From an uncultured Pseudomonadota bacterium (lineage in GTDB: Bacteria; Oederibacteriota; Muellerivitia; Muellerivitales; Muellerivitaceae): a stretch of 64,000 nucleotides of DNA. Both the position numbers and the translations under genes were made by a program. The notes beneath the pieces were generated by a model. The model did not search any database. It had not been told where the DNA came from and saw only the letters and a program-made list of their open reading frames with translations. Positions 60,188 through 64,000 of the stretch are shown one piece after another (within the stretch, counting starts at the first letter, position 1; each line of letters starts with the position of its first letter). Where the stretch lies: positions 288,001 to 352,000 of the forward strand of contig CAVYRH010000005.1 in assembly GCA_963770835.1 (NCBI GenBank), read 5' to 3'.

Positions 60188-60634
60188 ATGGACCAAAAAG
60201 AACATAAACCCCAAGTGACGCCCAAGATCGCGGTGAATGCCGTAATTTTTAACGGCAAGGATGAGGTTCTTTTGGCCAAGCGCACGGACAACGGCCTTTG
60301 GTGCATCCCGGGCGGGCATGTGGATTTGGGGGAGACGCTGGCCCAGGCCTGCTTGAGAGAACTTTACGAGGAAACGGGTTTGAGGGCCGAGGTGGTCCGT
60401 CTGGTGGGGATTTACTCGGACACGAAGGGCTCCCTTCATATTGCCCAGGGGGCCGAATGGCACACGGTCCGGGTTTCCTTCCTCTGCAAGGTGACGGGCG
60501 GATCCATTCAGCCCAGCGAGGAAACCAGCGAGATCCGCTATTTCGACGTCAAGAAGTTGCCCCCGTTGATCACTGACCACGCAAGGCGTGTCCAGGACGC
60601 CTTGGAAAACAAGAGCGAAGCGGTCATCGCATAA
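60188..60634 (+). CDS. NUDIX hydrolase
   Basis: Nudix box GGHVDLGETLAQACLRELYEETG. Confidence 0.92.
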   Translation: MDQKEHKPQVTPKIAVNAVIFNGKDEVLLAKRTDNGLWCIPGGHVDLGETLAQACLRELYEETGLRAEVVRLVGIYSDTKGSLHIAQGAEWHTVRVSFLCKVTGGSIQPSEETSEIRYFDVKKLPPLITDHARRVQDALENKSEAVIA

Positions 60635-60654
60635 AACGCCCAAGGAAGGCCAAC

Positions 60655-61386
60655 ATGTCAAAGTCCAAATCCAAACCCCGCGTCGAAAGGCGGGCCATCG
60701 CCCGGCCCAAGAACGGGTTCTCCTCTCAGAACCCTTACATCGCCAACGACTTCAAGGAGCAGGATACCTGGCGGATGTTTCGCATCATGTCCGAGTTCGT
60801 GGAAGGCTTCGAGGCCCTGCGCAATATCCGTCCCGCCGTGACCATTTTCGGCTCGGCCCGCACGCTCCAAAACGCGGAGGATTTTCAATTGGCCCGCCTG
60901 ATTGGCTACAGCCTTTCCAAGAAGGGCTTTTCCATCATCACCGGCGGGGGCCCGGGCATCATGGAGGCGGCCAATATGGGGGCCCATGAGGCGGGGGGAC
61001 GATCGGTGGGCTGCAACATCGAACTGCCTTTCGAGCAAAAGCCCAATCCCTATATCAACCTGCCGGTGAACTTTCATTATTTCTTCATCCGCAAGGTCAT
61101 GTTCCTGCGCTACACTTCGGCGGTGGTTGTGATGCCGGGCGGGTTCGGTACCATGGATGAGTTGTTCGAGACACTAACCCTGGTACAAACCCACAAGATC
61201 GATCCCATGCCCATCATCCTGGTCGATAAAAAGTATTGGCAGGGGGGAATTGATTGGATCAAAAACACGATCCTGGGGGACCGCCATTACATCGACAAGG
61301 ACGACATGAACATCTTCCATGTGGTGGACAAACCTGAGGAAGTTGTCCAAATCATCACCAAGTATTACCGCTATAAAAAACTGTAG
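60655..61386 (+). CDS. LOG-family (TIGR00730-type) protein
   Basis: FGSAR, TGGGPGIMEAAN, PGGFGTMDE. Confidence 0.92.
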   Translation: MSKSKSKPRVERRAIARPKNGFSSQNPYIANDFKEQDTWRMFRIMSEFVEGFEALRNIRPAVTIFGSARTLQNAEDFQLARLIGYSLSKKGFSIITGGGPGIMEAANMGAHEAGGRSVGCNIELPFEQKPNPYINLPVNFHYFFIRKVMFLRYTSAVVVMPGGFGTMDELFETLTLVQTHKIDPMPIILVDKKYWQGGIDWIKNTILGDRHYIDKDDMNIFHVVDKPEEVVQIITKYYRYKKL

Positions 61387-61396
61387 AATCCAGGTT

Positions 61397-63562
61397 ATGC
61401 GCCAATCGCTATCCGCCACCCTCCTTTTCCTGGCCTTCCTAGTCGCTGTGGTTTCTCCAGTCCGGGCTGGCATTTCGTTCATCGACCTTTCCAAGGCCGC
61501 CAACATGGGTCCGGCCCAATCCTTCGATGAGGCCGTTCCGGGTGGGGAGGACCTCAAGGAGAAGGAAGGTTTTGCCAACATTCCGCAAGGACCTCAGACC
61601 TTGCGGGGCATCCCTTTTCTAATGCTGGAAACGGACGCCAACCAGGGCAACTCCTTTATTGCCTTGTATGGACGGCGGCACGGCATTTTTCCCCAGGCGG
61701 TAGCGATTAACGTCGGGGGCATCAAGGCCAAAAACCTTTATTTCCTCCATTCCTGCCGTTGGGGGGGAACGGCCTCCAACATCGCGGTGGCCGAATACGA
61801 CATTGTTTACGGGGACGGCCAAGTGGACGTCATCCCCCTGAAAGTAGGGGCGGAGCTGACGAATTTCACGGGTTCAGACGACACCCCCGAGAGTTACCTG
61901 GCCTGGTGGCACAAATACAAAAACATCGATATGGGCCTTAATTTGTTCGCATGGAAAAACCCCCAGCCGGACGTTCCCATCCAGACCATCCTCTTCAAAT
62001 CTATGAACAAAGCCCCGGTGCCCATGTTGTTCGCCATCACGGCTTCGGATATGGAAATCCCTATTTCTCCCACCTCGCCGAAACCGGAAAAAACCTTCCA
62101 GACCGACACCCGGGGCTGGTTTCCTTTCCAACCTTCGGACGCCTCCCCGGTGGGCACATCTATCGACATGAGCTTTCTCCTGGACGCGCCCGCCGGAAAG
62201 CACGGCGGTGTGACAACGGAGGGCGAGAAACTGGTTTTCGCGGACGGTACGGAGGCCCGCTTCTGGGGAACCCAGCTTTTGGGGGACTGGTGGAACCAAA
62301 CGGACGAACAATTGGCCGGGACCGCCGAACGGCTGGCGGCTTATGGTTGCAACCTCGTAATGTTCGACACGCTGCCCGATGGAGCCGGGGGACGGTTGCA
62401 GGATTTGTTGGCGGCCCTTAAACCCAGGGGAATTTACTTGGACCTGACCAGCTTGGTGAACCAAGAACTTCCGGACGGACTAGTAGCGGACCCGGCTGTT
62501 TTGAAGGATGGGGTGGATTGGACCATGACGGATGATTCTTTCAGCGCGGCCTCCCACAACCCCTCTGCCACCGGTGAGTTCCAGGACCTTCCCACGGTTT
62601 TAATGTCCAATATGCGCAATCCGTTGTTTTTGATCCTGGGCCGCCTGTTTGGAAGTCCCTATCGGGCTGGATGGAGCGAAGACTGGCCGAACGAATATTT
62701 GGGCGAGATCCCCCCCCTGATGGCCGCTTACGGATCCTTCGATGACTGGACTGCCTGTGTTGGAATGGGAATGGGTGGGACCCATTGGGGGGGCAGCCTC
62801 TCCCCGGCAGTGTCCCTTTACGATACGCCTCAACTTTTGATCCAATGGCCCGCTGCGGCCCTGGCCTTTTTGAGAAAAGACGTCAAACAAGGGCGATTTT
62901 ATGACCTGGAAAACGCCAAAGGAATGCTGGGTGACATGATCGGCGCGAATCAGGCCCCGGATATGGAAGACCTTCTGAAAGCTCTTGCCCATTGTTCCGG
63001 GGTCAACAAAAACGATCCTCGATTTAAGACCGATAGCGCGGGAACTTTAAAGGCGAAAATCAACCTCAAGCAGAAAAGCTTTGTTTCCGACACGGGCCAG
63101 ATCAGCTGGCAGGGAAACGTCGGGGTATTCCAAGTTTCCAGCCCGCGCTTTCAGGCGGCCGTTGGTTTCTTGGGGAACCGGAAACTGGTGAGCCCCGTTT
63201 GGCAAGTGGAGACCCCCAATTTCTTTGCGTCCCTATCCCTCGTTTCGCTGACCAAGACGAACCTTTGGGCTTCGGACCACATGCTTTTAACCGGGGTTAC
63301 GCGCATGGAAAACACCGGCCAGGTTTATAACGCGGCCAAGACGAAATTGATTTCCCTGGGGAAGGGTCCGATCCTTGTGGAACCTTTGCAGGCCAAGATC
63401 ACTCTTTTTCGTTATATGGCGGATCCCAAGCTCAGAATCCGTGCGTTGGATGCGAACGGTCAAAGCCTCCAAACAAAAGTTCACGTAAAATGGGTAAAAA
63501 ACAATCTGGTCTTTTCATGGGTTCCGGGAGCCTTTTACTTGGAAATATTTAATATCAAATAA
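61397..63562 (+). CDS. Large secreted protein, possibly carbohydrate-active
   Basis: Signal peptide, WKNPQPDVPIQTI domain, LLDAPAGKHG...FADG..ARFWG segment. Catalytic residues not confirmed. Confidence 0.55.
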   Translation: MRQSLSATLLFLAFLVAVVSPVRAGISFIDLSKAANMGPAQSFDEAVPGGEDLKEKEGFANIPQGPQTLRGIPFLMLETDANQGNSFIALYGRRHGIFPQAVAINVGGIKAKNLYFLHSCRWGGTASNIAVAEYDIVYGDGQVDVIPLKVGAELTNFTGSDDTPESYLAWWHKYKNIDMGLNLFAWKNPQPDVPIQTILFKSMNKAPVPMLFAITASDMEIPISPTSPKPEKTFQTDTRGWFPFQPSDASPVGTSIDMSFLLDAPAGKHGGVTTEGEKLVFADGTEARFWGTQLLGDWWNQTDEQLAGTAERLAAYGCNLVMFDTLPDGAGGRLQDLLAALKPRGIYLDLTSLVNQELPDGLVADPAVLKDGVDWTMTDDSFSAASHNPSATGEFQDLPTVLMSNMRNPLFLILGRLFGSPYRAGWSEDWPNEYLGEIPPLMAAYGSFDDWTACVGMGMGGTHWGGSLSPAVSLYDTPQLLIQWPAAALAFLRKDVKQGRFYDLENAKGMLGDMIGANQAPDMEDLLKALAHCSGVNKNDPRFKTDSAGTLKAKINLKQKSFVSDTGQISWQGNVGVFQVSSPRFQAAVGFLGNRKLVSPVWQVETPNFFASLSLVSLTKTNLWASDHMLLTGVTRMENTGQVYNAAKTKLISLGKGPILVEPLQAKITLFRYMADPKLRIRALDANGQSLQTKVHVKWVKNNLVFSWVPGAFYLEIFNIK

Positions 63563-63685
63563 AAGTGAATATTGGGTCATGCTATTTATCTGGAAACGCT
63601 TGCATGTATATTTTTCATACCAAAATCAAATCGATTTAACATCCCAGTTTGATTAAGGTATCATCTGTTTACCGTTTTATCTTCA

Positions 63686-64000
63686 ATGGAAAACGCAGCA
63701 ACCCGTCGAGGCAAAAAGATGAACCAGCCTTTTAATCCCAAACCTGAGCGGCGCAAGCATCCGAGGGCCAAATTCCAGGAAACTGTCGTAATCCACAATG
63801 TCGTGGAATCGAAATCAGGGAACGTTTTTGAGGTTCAAGGCACCCCCCTCATGGCAAAGGCCCAGGATGTCAGTGAAGGCGGTATCCGGTTAGAAATCGG
63901 AAACACGACGACCCTGAACAGGATCTTCAAACTGAATTTTCAAGTCCAAAAAGACAAGTCGGTGGACGTTTATTCCAAGCTGGCTTGGGCCAGTGAGGGC
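63686..64000 (+). CDS. PilZ-domain protein (runs off window end)
   Basis: ERRKHPR (RxxxR) and DVSEGG (DxSxxG) c-di-GMP-binding motifs. Confidence 0.75.
   Translation, partial: MENAATRRGKKMNQPFNPKPERRKHPRAKFQETVVIHNVVESKSGNVFEVQGTPLMAKAQDVSEGGIRLEIGNTTTLNRIFKLNFQVQKDKSVDVYSKLAWASEG

Overview
Bacterial chromosomal window (diderm, moderately GC-rich) in three parts. (1) 1-17.9 kb: surface-protein genes, namely a giant Gly-rich autotransporter and a FecR/outer-membrane barrel/NHL-lipoprotein trio, plus glutathione peroxidase and a HI0933-family flavoprotein. (2) About 17.9-35.2 kb: an accessory array of co-oriented, unrelated gene modules (lipoproteins, two PIN toxin-antitoxin pairs, a vanX/vanW block, GH16, a TonB receptor, membrane proteins). 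The modules are separated by nine direct copies of a 28-bp site with 11-6-11 dyad symmetry (TGTCCACGRCG-GGGACC-nnnnnTGGACA) that matches neither attC nor canonical dif. An ORF-less group II intron sits exactly at the right end of one site, and its putative EBS1 loop is complementary to that site end. This looks like an integron-like cassette array with its own site type and a site-targeting intron, but no recombinase gene lies in the window. (3) 35.2-64 kb: housekeeping genes (leuB, asd, tpx, truA, futalosine-pathway menaquinone cluster, queF, speE, GT9, rplM-rpsI) with an IS5-family element that carries a full RT-encoding group II intron. All calls are from motif recognition by eye; no database searches were run.
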